This document shows, in pieces, positions 20,502 to 30,610 of a stretch of 64,000 nucleotides of DNA (within the stretch, counting starts at the first letter, position 1; the number at the start of each line of letters is the position of its first letter). The notes under the pieces were generated by a model. The model worked only from the letters and a program-made list of their open reading frames with translations. It was not told the DNA's origin and did not search any database. This DNA comes from Opitutales bacterium (GTDB taxonomy: Bacteria > Verrucomicrobiota > Verrucomicrobiia > Opitutales > UBA2987), in assembly GCA_965226885.1 (NCBI GenBank), contig CBDDEL010000017.1:288001-352000 (forward strand). Direction: 5' to 3'. A program made the position numbers and the translations under genes.

Positions 20502-20513
20502 GAACATTCGTTT
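20502..20513. promoter_or_regulatory. candidate LexA/SOS box (GAAC-N4-GTTY)
   Basis: gaac-attc-gttt in the 35-bp gap between the two divergent genes. Confidence 0.4.
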
Positions 20514-20516
20514 ACT

Positions 20517-21881
20517 ATGAAAGCGATGTCAAATTCTTTTAACATAATCGATGACTACGATCCCGAAGCCTACGACCTCACCCGGAATGTCCACAGGATC
20601 ACGCTTTACAACACCATAGCGTCTGATCAGCAGCACCCCAGCAACCAAACTCCGAGGCTTTACCTGCATGTGGACATGAATTGTTTTTATGCCCAGGTGG
20701 AACAGCAGTGCTACAATCTCTACGGTATTCCGGTCATTGTCGGGGGCTGGCGCAAGGGCAACGGAATCCCTCGCGGGATCGTGGCCACATCCAGCTATGA
20801 GGCCAGAGCCTTTGGGGTAAAGACCGGCATGAGCCATCTGGAAGCGCAGCAGTTGTGCCCGTATCTTGTGCCGCTACAGGTTCATTGGGACAAGTATCAG
20901 GCCATCTCGAAGGAGGTTGCCCGCATCCTTGCCCGGTATGCGCCGGAGGTGGAAGCTTATTCGTCCGACGAATCCTTTTTGAATATCAGCTACCTGCTCG
21001 GCCAGTCCCGGGAGAAACTGGCCGCTCTTGGAAAGAAGCTCAAAGGCGAGATTTGGGGCAAGACGCGGTTGATGTGTTCTGTGGGCATCTCCTATTCAAA
21101 AACCTATGCCAAGCTCGCCTCCGACCTGCAAAAACCGGACGGATTGAGTCTTGTTCTCACTCCCGAAGAAGCAGTGGAAGCTATCTACCCTTTGCCTTTG
21201 AATGAAGTTTGGGGGATCGGCCGCAAGAGATTTGCCAAGCTGGAAAAAGCGGGCCTAGCCACCATCCGGGAGGCCGTGGAAAAAGGGCCGGGAGTGTTTC
21301 AAAGGCTCTTTGGGGCTTATTTTGGCCGAATGCTGTGGGAAACCGCCACGGGCAAAGATTGCGCCCGGGTCATGGACAACTCCCATCACGTTCCCAGGGA
21401 AGTGACTTATATGCACACTTTCAGCGATTGGACGGTGAGCCTGGAAAGGGTAAAGGGGGAAATCGCCAAGGGGGTGCGGCAACTCTGCTATCGGCTCCGA
21501 GGCTACAACCGGAGGGCCCACAAATACAGTGGGTATATCCGGTTTCAGGATGTCGATTGGAACGGGGCCGGTTTTGCCTTTGCCACCAAGGGGCTGACCA
21601 ACCTCGATGATTATGTGTTGCCGGCGTGTTTGCAGATGGCTCTTCCCATGCTAAAGAGGTTTCTTCAGGAAGGGCATAAAATCCGGGGGTTCGGACTGTC
21701 CAGCATGGGGTTGGATGAAAGCCGCCAGCTTGAATTGTTCTTCCGGGAGGATGAGAAGCTGCACCGCCTGCATTATGCCGTTGACAGGATCAACAACCGG
21801 TTCGGGCTCGATACCGTCATGCCGGCGGCAACGAAATACGCGGTCGAGGGCAAGACGCATTTTCTGGAAAGGAGCGGATGA
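20517..21881 (+). CDS. Y-family DNA polymerase (DinB/Pol IV-like)
   Basis: HVDMNCFYAQVE, SYEARAFGVKTGM, SDE, AKLASDLQKPDG, WGIG and VDRINNRFG motifs. Confidence 0.92.
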   Translation: MKAMSNSFNIIDDYDPEAYDLTRNVHRITLYNTIASDQQHPSNQTPRLYLHVDMNCFYAQVEQQCYNLYGIPVIVGGWRKGNGIPRGIVATSSYEARAFGVKTGMSHLEAQQLCPYLVPLQVHWDKYQAISKEVARILARYAPEVEAYSSDESFLNISYLLGQSREKLAALGKKLKGEIWGKTRLMCSVGISYSKTYAKLASDLQKPDGLSLVLTPEEAVEAIYPLPLNEVWGIGRKRFAKLEKAGLATIREAVEKGPGVFQRLFGAYFGRMLWETATGKDCARVMDNSHHVPREVTYMHTFSDWTVSLERVKGEIAKGVRQLCYRLRGYNRRAHKYSGYIRFQDVDWNGAGFAFATKGLTNLDDYVLPACLQMALPMLKRFLQEGHKIRGFGLSSMGLDESRQLELFFREDEKLHRLHYAVDRINNRFGLDTVMPAATKYAVEGKTHFLERSG

Positions 21882-21898
21882 GGGAATCTGGTTTTGTT

Positions 21899-22984
21899 TT
21901 AAAACCGGTTCAATCGGGGGAAGTATTTTTTTTCATCCGCGTCCAGAGGGCGATAAGGTTTCCGGGGGTCGGGCTGGGTGAATCCGGGGGTTGCCTGGCC
22001 GGGCGCCGCGGGCACGGGATTAAGAGAGGGTAGAAGGCTTTCCTGGCTGTTTATGAGATTAGGAAGCAAGGGGGCGGCGGCCAGGTTTTGCAGGATGGCC
22101 GAGGCAAAATAGGGATTGTTTCCAGCCTGCATGGGGGAAAAGGATATATCATCGGTTAAAACCGAGCCTAGGCGGGGGCTGGGGCCGGGGTTTGCCGGGG
22201 CGTTGATTTTTGCCATTGAACTCCCGCTTTGAGCGGGCGATGTTTCGAAAAAACTGAATTCTTTAAATTGAAAATCGGAGGGGCCGATTGGCTCCAAATA
22301 AGGGTTTTTGGCTATTTTTCCCGCATCCGGCTCCGCTTCTTCAGTATTTCGTGCGGACGGGGCTTTTCTCAGGGCATCGGCCATAAATTTTTCTTCCAAC
22401 GCCTTGAGGGGATCCGTGGGCGCCGAGTTTGCCAAGCTCGGGATTTCTTGCCGAAATTCGACAGAGGCTTCATCTTCTTCGAAGGATTCCTTTTCGGCCA
22501 TCTTCATTTTTTCTTCCGCTTCTTCATTCTCCATCTGCTCCCGAAGGCGTTCCGCCACATAGCGATCGACGAGGTTCAAATCGCCGGAGAGGTTCTTCAG
22601 TTCTTCTTTTTCCTCGTCCGTAAGTTCCTGTTTTCCAGATAGTTTACGAACGCTGTCGAGGAGCCAATTGCGTTCTTTTTCCTCTTCCTCCTCTTTCTCC
22701 TTGTCTTTTTTTTCTTTGAGGCGGGCGGATGGACCCGGGCCGACGCCGATATAATGCGGCTGGTTGAAACCCTTGATATTTGGTTTCAATTCGAGGGACT
22801 CCTCCAGTTCCCCGGTTTCGCCCTGTTCCTGCAACCGGCCGACATCTTCACGGGCCATGTTTTTGAATTCTTCGGCGCCATCTTCCCCGGCCGTGAGAAA
22901 TCCGCACATAGCGTGGAGGCCAAGCAAAAAAATGGCCCAGCGGAGAGTCGACCTGCTTAGGGCGAACTTTGAGAAATCCGGCAT
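21899..22984 (-). CDS. hypothetical exported/membrane-anchored protein, acidic and low complexity
   Basis: 361-aa ORF with an N-terminal hydrophobic segment, co-oriented downstream of pilT. Confidence 0.65.
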   Translation of the reverse strand: MPDFSKFALSRSTLRWAIFLLGLHAMCGFLTAGEDGAEEFKNMAREDVGRLQEQGETGELEESLELKPNIKGFNQPHYIGVGPGPSARLKEKKDKEKEEEEEKERNWLLDSVRKLSGKQELTDEEKEELKNLSGDLNLVDRYVAERLREQMENEEAEEKMKMAEKESFEEDEASVEFRQEIPSLANSAPTDPLKALEEKFMADALRKAPSARNTEEAEPDAGKIAKNPYLEPIGPSDFQFKEFSFFETSPAQSGSSMAKINAPANPGPSPRLGSVLTDDISFSPMQAGNNPYFASAILQNLAAAPLLPNLINSQESLLPSLNPVPAAPGQATPGFTQPDPRKPYRPLDADEKKYFPRLNRF

Positions 22985-24033
22985 GATAAGTATTTTAGAG
23001 AAATGGGCGGAAAGAGCCGTTTCTCATTAAACGAGGCCTCCGGTGCTGAGAAAGATACCTTTGAGGTTCATTTCCAGAGCCTTCGCATTGGGGGAGAAGG
23101 CCAGCCCATCCTGCTTGGAGATTTTACCGGCTTTGATCAGTCGGTAAAGATCGGCATTGAAGGATTTCGAGCCGGAATCCTTGCCCGCGTCGATGACGGC
23201 GGGGATTTTTTCGTAGGTTCCTTCCTCAATCACTTTTCGGGCCAGGGAATCAACAATGAAAAGCTCGATAACGGGCACCCGCCCATTACCCTCAATGGAC
23301 GGCACCAGACGCTGGCTGACGGTGGCCCGCAGGGCGCCCGCGATCTGCCGCCTCATGCCGATCTGCTGTTCCGGGGGGAAAAATTCGAAAAGGCGCTGGA
23401 CAGCTTGCTGGGCGTTGGAGGAGTGCAGGGTGCCGAACACCAGGTGGCCTGTTTCGGCAGCCGAAAGGGCGGTCGTAAAGGTGTCTTTATCGCGCATTTC
23501 ACCGATCAGGATGATATCGGGGTCTTGGCGCAAAACGGCCTTCATGCCCAATTGAAAGGTTGGAGCGTCGATGCCGACTTCTCTCTGGTTGAAAACCGAT
23601 TTAACATCGGTGTAGTTGAACTCAATGGGGTCCTCCAGGGTGACTACGTGCTTGTCATGGTGATGGTTGATCCAGTTGAGCATGGCGGCCATGGTGGAGC
23701 TTTTGCCGGAGCCGGTGGCACCGCAAATGAGCAGGATGCCGTCTTTGTGGCCGCACAGGGCCGTCAAGCTGGAGCCGTCATGGCCGAGTTGGTCGAAGGT
23801 TGGGGGCTGGTCCTTGATGTGGCGGAAGACCATGCTGATGGTTCTGCGCTGGTGGAAGGCGTTGACGCGAAACCGGCCCAGTTCTTCCAAGGCGTAGGCG
23901 TAGTCAACCTGGTATTCGTCATGCCACAGTTGGATAAACGCTTTGGGGCATGTGGCAAAGATGAATTCCTCGATCATGGATTCCTGCAAGGGATCCATAT
24001 CGATGGCCTCAAGGTTCCCGTGCAATCGCAAAT

Positions 24034-24059
24034 AGGCCGGACTATCAGGCCGGACTATC
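24034..24059. repeat. 13-bp tandem duplication in pilT
   Basis: aggccggactatc x2. Confidence 0.92.
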
Positions 24060-24114
24060 CGTTTTTATATGAATGTCGCTGGCGCCGTTTTCGACCGCCA
24101 GATGCAACATACTG

Positions 24115-24146
24115 TTAAAGGTATCCACACTTAAAGGTATCCACAC
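24115..24146. repeat. 16-bp tandem duplication in pilT
   Basis: ttaaaggtatccacac x2. Confidence 0.92.
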
Positions 24147-24313
24147 TTTCGCTCATAGTATTTTCCCTGCTTTAATTGAATTGATTTAAAGATAAATGGG
24201 TTTGCAATAATACGTGAAGAATTATTCTAGTATTGTTTATACAGTATCCGGAGGGAAGATTCAACCCGCTTCTTTCAATTCGGAGACTGTTGGCAATTTA
24301 TTTTTATTTAACC

Positions 24314-25201
24314 ATGAATACAACAAAATTATCGGGTGTATTAACGGCTTTGGTCACCCCTATGGCGGAGGGAAAGGTGAGTTCGGGGGATTTGATCAAG
24401 CTTATCCAATACCAGATTGACGAGGGAATCGACGGTCTCGTTCCAGTGGGCACTACGGGGGAATCACCGACCCTCAGCCACGAGGAACATGCAGAGGTTA
24501 TCCGCTGTGTGGTGGAGACGGCCGCAGGGAGGGTTCCGGTCATTGCCGGGACCGGCTCCAATGCCACCAGGGAAGCCGTTTCCCTGACCCGCCGAGCCCA
24601 CCAGGCGGGCGTCGACGGCATGTTGCAAGTGGCCCCCTACTACAACAAACCCACCCAGGAGGGGCTTTTCGAACATTTCAGCGCGGTGGCCGGGGTGACC
24701 GATAAAACCATCGTTCTCTACTCCATTCCGGGCCGGTGCGTGATCGATATCGGAGTGGAGACGGTTGTCCGGCTGCATTCCAAATACCCCCACATAAGCG
24801 TCATGAAAGAAGCGGGTGGAAGTTGCGACCGGGTGGCCGATTTGCGCCTGGCCCTGGGGGAGGATTTTACCATCCTAAGCGGTGACGACAGCCTCACCCT
24901 GCCCTTCATGGCGGCGGGAGCGCAGGGAGTCATAAGCGTAGTGTCGAACCTGGCGGTCAAAGAAATGGTGGCCCTGACCCGCGCGGTTTTCAACAGCGAT
25001 ATGAAGACGGCCAGCGATTGGCACCTCAAATTGTATCCGCTGGCCAAGGTTCTCCTTGAGGAACCCAATCCGGTGCCCATCAAGGCGGCCTTGCAGCGGG
25101 CAGGAATCCTGCAAAGCGCTGAGACACGGCGGCCTCTGAGCCCATTGACGGCAAAAACTAGGGACAGGCTCTTTGCAATCTTGTCCAACCTTGGTTATTG
25201 A
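24314..25201 (+). CDS. dapA: 4-hydroxy-tetrahydrodipicolinate synthase
   Basis: GTTGESPTL, PYYNKP, LYSIPGR, KEA, SGDD and EPNP motifs; ATG 24314 preferred over TTG 24233. Confidence 0.95.
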   Translation: MNTTKLSGVLTALVTPMAEGKVSSGDLIKLIQYQIDEGIDGLVPVGTTGESPTLSHEEHAEVIRCVVETAAGRVPVIAGTGSNATREAVSLTRRAHQAGVDGMLQVAPYYNKPTQEGLFEHFSAVAGVTDKTIVLYSIPGRCVIDIGVETVVRLHSKYPHISVMKEAGGSCDRVADLRLALGEDFTILSGDDSLTLPFMAAGAQGVISVVSNLAVKEMVALTRAVFNSDMKTASDWHLKLYPLAKVLLEEPNPVPIKAALQRAGILQSAETRRPLSPLTAKTRDRLFAILSNLGY

Positions 25202-25222
25202 TCTATATCCCTTCTTTTTTAC

Positions 25223-25957
25223 ATGTCTCTAAAAATATTACTTAACGGGTGCAAGGGCCGCATGGGCCGGACGATCATGGCCATCGCTGCCCAACATGAT
25301 GTCGAGGAAGTTTTTCCTATCGATGTGGGCGATGATCCCGCCGCCGTTATCGGCGATAGCGACGCAGTGATCGATTTCAGCCTGCCGACGGCTACCCTGG
25401 CGCTTATTAAACTGGCCGCAGAGGCGCGTAAGCCGGCCATCATCGGCACCACCGGCCACAGTCCTGAGCAACGGCGGGAAGTCCGATCGGCAGCAGTTTC
25501 CATTCCCGTGGTGTGGGCGGGCAATTTTTCCGTGGGGGTCAACCTGTTGTTTCACTTGCTGGAAATAACGGCGTCGACTTTGGATTCGAGCTATAATCCG
25601 GAGGTGGTGGAAATACACCACCGCCACAAGGTGGATTCACCTAGCGGCACGGCGGTGCGGCTACTGGAAATCATCCGTCAAGCCAGGGGTCTAGAGCCCG
25701 ATTGCGAGCGGCATGGACGCGAGGGCATGACGGGGGAGCGGCCGGACGATGAGATCGGAATTCACGCTCTGCGGGGAGGCGATTCCGTGGGCGAGCACAC
25801 TATTTATTTCGCCGGAGAGGGGGAACGCCTCGAACTTACTCACCGCGCTTCCGACCGGGGAATTTTCGCCAGGGGAGCCTTGCGGGCCGCCCAATGGGTC
25901 ATCAACCAGCCCCCGAGTATTTACGATATGCAGGATGTTCTCGGCCTAAGGCCTTAG
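25223..25957 (+). CDS. dapB: 4-hydroxy-tetrahydrodipicolinate reductase
   Basis: GxxGRMG, IDFS, GTTG and EIHHRHKVDSPSGTA motifs. Confidence 0.95.
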   Translation: MSLKILLNGCKGRMGRTIMAIAAQHDVEEVFPIDVGDDPAAVIGDSDAVIDFSLPTATLALIKLAAEARKPAIIGTTGHSPEQRREVRSAAVSIPVVWAGNFSVGVNLLFHLLEITASTLDSSYNPEVVEIHHRHKVDSPSGTAVRLLEIIRQARGLEPDCERHGREGMTGERPDDEIGIHALRGGDSVGEHTIYFAGEGERLELTHRASDRGIFARGALRAAQWVINQPPSIYDMQDVLGLRP

Positions 25958-25962
25958 GCCTT
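25949..25962. repeat. 7-bp tandem duplication at the dapB stop codon
   Basis: aggcctt x2. Confidence 0.6.
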
Positions 25963-25974
25963 AAATGAGTTGTC

Positions 25975-26592
25975 ATGATTGTTTCCATTGAAGGCGTATT
26001 GACCGAGGTCCTTCCCTTGCTGGCCACAATCGAGACTCATGGGCTCGGCTACGAGGTGCATTTACCGCTCTCTACCATGGAGCAACTGCCGCCGCTGGGC
26101 TGCCCGGTGAAACTGTTCATCCACTCCGTCTATCGAGAGGATTCGCAAACTCTTTACGGTTTTCACCAGAGGGAGGATCGGGAGTTTTTTCGTCTTTTAG
26201 TGGAAAAAGTCTCCGGTATCGGGCCCAAAATTGCTTTGCGCATCATGAGCCGGCTTTCCGTTACGATGTTAAAGTGCGCTATCGGGGCGAGCGATGTGGC
26301 CCTACTTTCGAAATGCCCGGGTATTGGTAAAAAGACGGCCGAACGGCTAATAATTGAACTAAAGGACAAGGTCGGGCCAGAATTTGCGGTGGAATCAAAA
26401 TCGCCGTCTACCGCCGGCGCAGGGGCTTCACCCGTTTATGCCGGGGCCGACAGCCGTGTGCAGGATGCAGTGTCTGCGTTGATGACCCTCGGATACAAAG
26501 CGCCCGATGCCGACAAGGCGATTCGCAGGGTAATGAGCAAGCTTCCCGCCGATGCGCCCACGGAAGACTTGATTAAAAGCGCCTTGAGCTGA
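25975..26592 (+). CDS. ruvA: Holliday junction branch migration protein RuvA
   Basis: GLGYEV, LYGF, SGIGPKIAL, PGIGKKTAERLIIELKDK and ALMTLGY motifs. Confidence 0.95.
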   Translation: MIVSIEGVLTEVLPLLATIETHGLGYEVHLPLSTMEQLPPLGCPVKLFIHSVYREDSQTLYGFHQREDREFFRLLVEKVSGIGPKIALRIMSRLSVTMLKCAIGASDVALLSKCPGIGKKTAERLIIELKDKVGPEFAVESKSPSTAGAGASPVYAGADSRVQDAVSALMTLGYKAPDADKAIRRVMSKLPADAPTEDLIKSALS

Positions 26593-26607
26593 TCTGTAGG
26601 CCAGGGC

Positions 26608-27378
26608 CTAGCGCTGGAAATAAAAATTGGCCAATTCCGCCCGATAGGGATTTTCCTGCAATTGCGCATTGCGGGGGACAACCCGGGCAGAGGCCGATAG
26701 TGATTCTTCCTCGAAAAGGGGAAAAACGTGATCGCTGAGCATCGTTTGTATCTCCAGGATGGCGGGAGAAGTTTCTCCAAATTCGATCTCTCCGATTAAA
26801 ATGACGGGCTGGTCGAGCCCATTTAAAATATAGACCGCGGCCGGACCGGAACTGTCGTTGGCCTCAACCAGCTGAAGGGCTAAACTCTGGAAATCGGGGA
26901 AATGCGCTAATTGGGCAGGAGCGAGATTTCTGGATTGCCGGGAAGCAGGCTGCCCTTGGGTATCATTTGGTTGGTTTTTGACACCAACCAGAGGGAGATC
27001 CAGCGGTGGCGGGGGGAGATCCAGCGGTGGCGGGGTTTGCTCCAATTCCACCAGGGAGGGGCTGGAATTGCCGCTGTGGAAAAACGGAGCCAATACCACG
27101 AAGGCCAGGGCAAAACAGGCCGCGGCCATGCCGAATTGGGCCAGGTAATATATTTTCATACCGGTTTGACCCCGGCGATTTCTGGTTTCCCGCGACTGCC
27201 CCTTGCCACACCCTCGCAATGCGGCGCAGGATGCATTGTGCAAACGCCGGTGAAAGACAAACACCGAACGCCGCTCAAAACTGGAATTCAGCTCCTCCTT
27301 GAGGGTCTCGAATTCCTCAGCGTCGAGTTCGTCGTCCAGATATGAATTTACTAGTTCCTCAAACCTCTTGTCCGTCAT
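26608..27378 (-). CDS. putative membrane-bound anti-sigma factor
   Basis: ASD-like N-terminus (LVNSYLDDEL), one TM segment, ATGA overlap with the ECF sigma gene. Confidence 0.7.
   Translation of the reverse strand: MTDKRFEELVNSYLDDELDAEEFETLKEELNSSFERRSVFVFHRRLHNASCAALRGCGKGQSRETRNRRGQTGMKIYYLAQFGMAAACFALAFVVLAPFFHSGNSSPSLVELEQTPPPLDLPPPPLDLPLVGVKNQPNDTQGQPASRQSRNLAPAQLAHFPDFQSLALQLVEANDSSGPAAVYILNGLDQPVILIGEIEFGETSPAILEIQTMLSDHVFPLFEEESLSASARVVPRNAQLQENPYRAELANFYFQR
26993..27034. repeat. 21-bp tandem duplication (in frame)
   Basis: gggagatccagcggtggcggg x2, giving PPPLDLP twice. Confidence 0.9.
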
Positions 27379-27977
27379 GAAAAGTCGCTCCCAATTTTTT
27401 CTCTCAAGCTTTCACGGGCTCTCGCAATGCGGCTTTTTACGGTGCCGATACTGATATCCAGGTGCTGCGCAATTTCCTCGTAGGTCATGTTTTGGACGAT
27501 CCGCAGGGTCAGGATTTCGTAATGCTTCTCGTTCAATAGAGGCATGCATTCGCTGACCCGATCCACCAACTCCTGAGTGGAGGCAGTTTGGCCGGGGTCC
27601 TCCCCTTCGGCGGGAAGTATATCAACGAGGGTGACAGAGCCTTCCCGGCTGATATTTTGATCAAGCGAGAAGGAAACGTCGCGTTTACGGCGCCACCAAT
27701 ACCAGTATTTATTGTGAGCCAGGTTCGTTGCGATCTGGAAAAGCCAGGTGGAAAAAGAAGAGTCCCCCCGGAAATTTTCCAGACCTTTGTGAGCCCGCAC
27801 GAAAGCGTCCTGAGTGACCTCCTCGGCATCCTGCCGGTTTTTCAGCAATTGCAGGACACGCGCGAAAATACGGTCCCAGTAGCGGCTGACGATATCGTCA
27901 AAAGCCGCCTGGTCTCCGCCTTTGAAGCGTGCCACAAGCATTTTGTCGAGGGCGATTTCTTTAGCTTTCGGTGCCAT
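27375..27977 (-). CDS. ECF RNA polymerase sigma factor
   Basis: DAEEVTQDAF, FSTWLFQIATN and GTVKSRIARAR motifs. Confidence 0.95.
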   Translation of the reverse strand: MAPKAKEIALDKMLVARFKGGDQAAFDDIVSRYWDRIFARVLQLLKNRQDAEEVTQDAFVRAHKGLENFRGDSSFSTWLFQIATNLAHNKYWYWWRRKRDVSFSLDQNISREGSVTLVDILPAEGEDPGQTASTQELVDRVSECMPLLNEKHYEILTLRIVQNMTYEEIAQHLDISIGTVKSRIARARESLREKIGSDFS

Positions 27978-27998
27978 GTGATAACAACTTTTTGATAG

Positions 27999-28024
27999 GA
28001 GCGTTGAAAAACGTAAAATGTTCC
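27999..28024 (-). promoter_or_regulatory. possible autoregulatory ECF promoter
   Basis: GGAAC-N17-GCTC on the minus strand about 20 bp upstream of the sigma start; weak -10. Confidence 0.25.
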
Positions 28025-28296
28025 CGTGTCGCGAAGGTTTTTCCTAAAATAAAACAGATTCCTTAATCATATAAACCCACTCCGCCCGAGTGTCGATTCA
28101 ATTTCCGGCGGACGGCATTGCTTTATATTTACTTAAAGGAAAAAGCTGCCAGCTTATATGGCCGCTCGGCAACACGGGGCATTCTTCTATTTTCTTTTTC
28201 ATTTTTCTTCAACCCTTAGAAACCCGAACCAAGCCAAATCGTTGACAATGAATTGGTGGGCCGGACACAAGATATTTAAGACGCGACTAAATTGAA

Positions 28297-28920
28297 TTAC
28301 AGATTCAGCATTCGCCAATCCTGGGCTTCGGCAGTCCAGACCAGGGGAAATAGCTCTCTTTGGGTCCAGAACCATCCCAATTCTTCGGACCAGAGCCACC
28401 AGGAATTTCTTTTTTCAATAATTTCGCTCGGACGGCAAAATAGCCAACCGAGTTCCCAGTGAAAAATCCACGGATAATGCTGTATGTTCAAATCGCCGAA
28501 GCCAATGGCGGACACCCAGCCCCCATTAACATTAAAATCAAAGGTAACAAAATCCACATTAGAAAGTACGTCGCTCCTTCCGACAGCATCATAAATCAAC
28601 GGTCCGAAAAGAATTCTGTCGATTACTCTCTCTGATTTCTCACTTAAAATCCAATTTATAGCGATGGATGGAGCTTCAACTTCTACGATATTCGATGGAA
28701 TGCCGAAATTTTCTTTAAAACGCCTGGAAATATCCATTTCGTTTTCTTCTCTGGTTACGACAATGATGCCTTTAGGCGACTGCTACATCCAGATAATAGT
28801 AGAAGTGGAATCCGAAAACTCGTTTGGTCCAAAAACCGTAAACTCCTCGCCAAAAGAAACCAAATGAATCAATGCAGACAGAATAAGTGGAACCTTTTTA
28901 ATAGTGTGTTTCATTTTCAT
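28297..28920 (-). pseudogene. exported protein with Trp-rich Opitutae-type C-terminal domain; in-frame TAG at 28783-28785
   Basis: Frame open from ATG 28920 (signal peptide) to a single TAG, then continues to YPWIFHWELGW...WLWSEELGWFWT...FP. Confidence 0.65.
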
Positions 28921-28968
28921 GTTTGTAGATCAGTTGGCGAATTAACGCTGGAACGCAGAGGCAGCTAG

Positions 28969-29715
28969 CCCGGATATTTCATGAAGGGTAAAGTTTGGCT
29001 CGTTATTGCTATTGGAGATGGATTTCTTTGTATTTTGAGCAGATCGTCTTGATTTTTAGGTGTTTTTCAGGGTGTAGAGACACTGCCCCCTTTCCCCCAT
29101 TGGTTCGGTAGTGCCGGGGGCAGCACCAATGCACCCTTTAGGTTGGCACCAATCGGCGGGCCGCATGGTTGAAAAGACTGGCCCAAGGATAACTCTCACT
29201 TAGGTGAAAGTGAATCGTTCGGGTGTTGCGCACGATGACCGCTCCGATCTTGATTAATTTGAGCCGCAGGGTGTGGCATTGGGCCCGCGCCCACTTCGTC
29301 CCTTTTAAGGCTAACCGGCGCATGGCTTCCATCAAGGTGTAGGCCAGCGCCGACAAGAGCAATCGCCACTGATTGGCCCACCATTGATGGGCGCTGGTGC
29401 GCTCGCTGAACAATTGCATCTGTTCCTTGATTCGGTTCTCCATTTCACCGCGGCCACAGTATACCTTGTCGTAAAGCTCCTGGGGATCGCCCGGCAGGTT
29501 CGTCACCACGAAGCGCGGGTTGGACCCCTGTGCGGTGTGTTCGGCTTTATGGATGACCAACCGCAGCCATCGCCACGAATCGGCAGCATAGACGAAGTCC
29601 TGGAATAACCGTTGTTTTTTACCCCTTAGTTCGAACCATTCTTTGGCCTGCTTTTGCAACTGCTGGGCATCTTGCTGCAAGCGTGCATTGCGAGCCATCC
29701 CCACGATGTAACTAA
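28969..29715 (-). mobile_element. IS1380-family copy A, 3' half only
   Basis: cccggatatttc end, flank ctag; cut at an internal ctaa by copy B; 5' half absent. Confidence 0.92.
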
Positions 29716-30475
29716 CCCGGATATTTCATGAAGGGTAAAGTTTGGCTCGTTATTGCTATTGGAGATGGATTTCTTTGTATTTTGAGCAGATCGTCTTGAT
29801 TTTTAGGTGTTTTTCAGGGTGTAGAGACACTGCCCCCTTTCCCCCATTGGTTCGGTAGTGCCGGGGGCAGCACCAATGCACCCTTTAGGTTGGCACCAAT
29901 CGGCGGGGCGCATGGTTGAAAAGACTGGCCCAAGGATAACTCTCACTTAGGTGAAAGTGAATCGTTCGGGTGTTGCGCACGATGACCGCTCCGATCTTGA
30001 TTAATTTGAGCCGCAGGGTGTGGCATTGGGCCCGCGCCCACTTCGTCCCTTTTAAGGCTAACCGGCGCATGGCTTCCATCAAGGTGTAGGCCAGCGCCGA
30101 CAAGAGCAATCGCCACTGATTGGCCCACCATTGATGGGCGCTGGTGCGCTCGCTGAACAATTGCATCTGTTCCTTGATTCGGTTCTCCATTTCACCGCGG
30201 CCACAGTATACCTTGTCGTAAAGCTCCTGGGGATCGCCCGGCAGGTTCGTCACCACGAAGCGCGGGTTGGACCCCTGTGCGGTGTGTTCGGCTTTATGGA
30301 TGACCAACCGCAGCCATCGCCACGAATCGGCAGCATAGACGAAGTCCTGGAATAACCGTTGTTTTTTACCCCTTAGTTCGAACCATTCTTTGGCCTGCTT
30401 TTGCAACTGCTGGGCGTCTTGCTGCAAGCGTGCATTGCGAGCCATCCCCACGATGTAACTAGAGGCTGTCCCAAA

Positions 30476-30493
30476 AATATAAAGAATATAAAG
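30476..30493. repeat. 9-bp tandem duplication inside the left end of the ISNCY-like element
   Basis: aatataaag x2. Confidence 0.65.
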
Positions 30494-30610
30494 ATTTTAT
30501 AGTCAACTGGATGACGTTGATAAAAAGAGCCGGAAAGAGCAAGTTTTTGCTCGATCCGGCCAAAAAAGGGTTCTATAATTGAGTTAGCGAAAATCAATAT
30601 AGCCCTTTCT

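Larger units (their letters stand above)
23027..24156 (-). pseudogene. pilT: type IV pilus retraction ATPase (PilT/PilU) frameshifted by two short tandem duplications
   Basis: GATGSGKS, TLEDPIE, LRQDPD, GEMRD and TGHLVFGTLH motifs; collapsing the 16- and 13-bp duplications restores a 366-aa ORF with ASDIHI. Confidence 0.88.

Noticed and set aside
23003..24118. 371-aa plus-strand ORF
   Set aside because: Antisense shadow of pilT with no recognisable motifs. The same applies to 3966-4952 (-), 12917-13561 (+), 1959-2606 (-) and most short overlapping ORFs.
24233..24313. N-terminal extension of DapA
   Set aside because: Family similarity starts at ATG 24314; the upstream sequence is AT-rich promoter-like DNA.
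25975..26592. ruvA without adjacent ruvB/ruvC as evidence of gene loss
   Set aside because: These genes are often unlinked, and there is no scar at this site.
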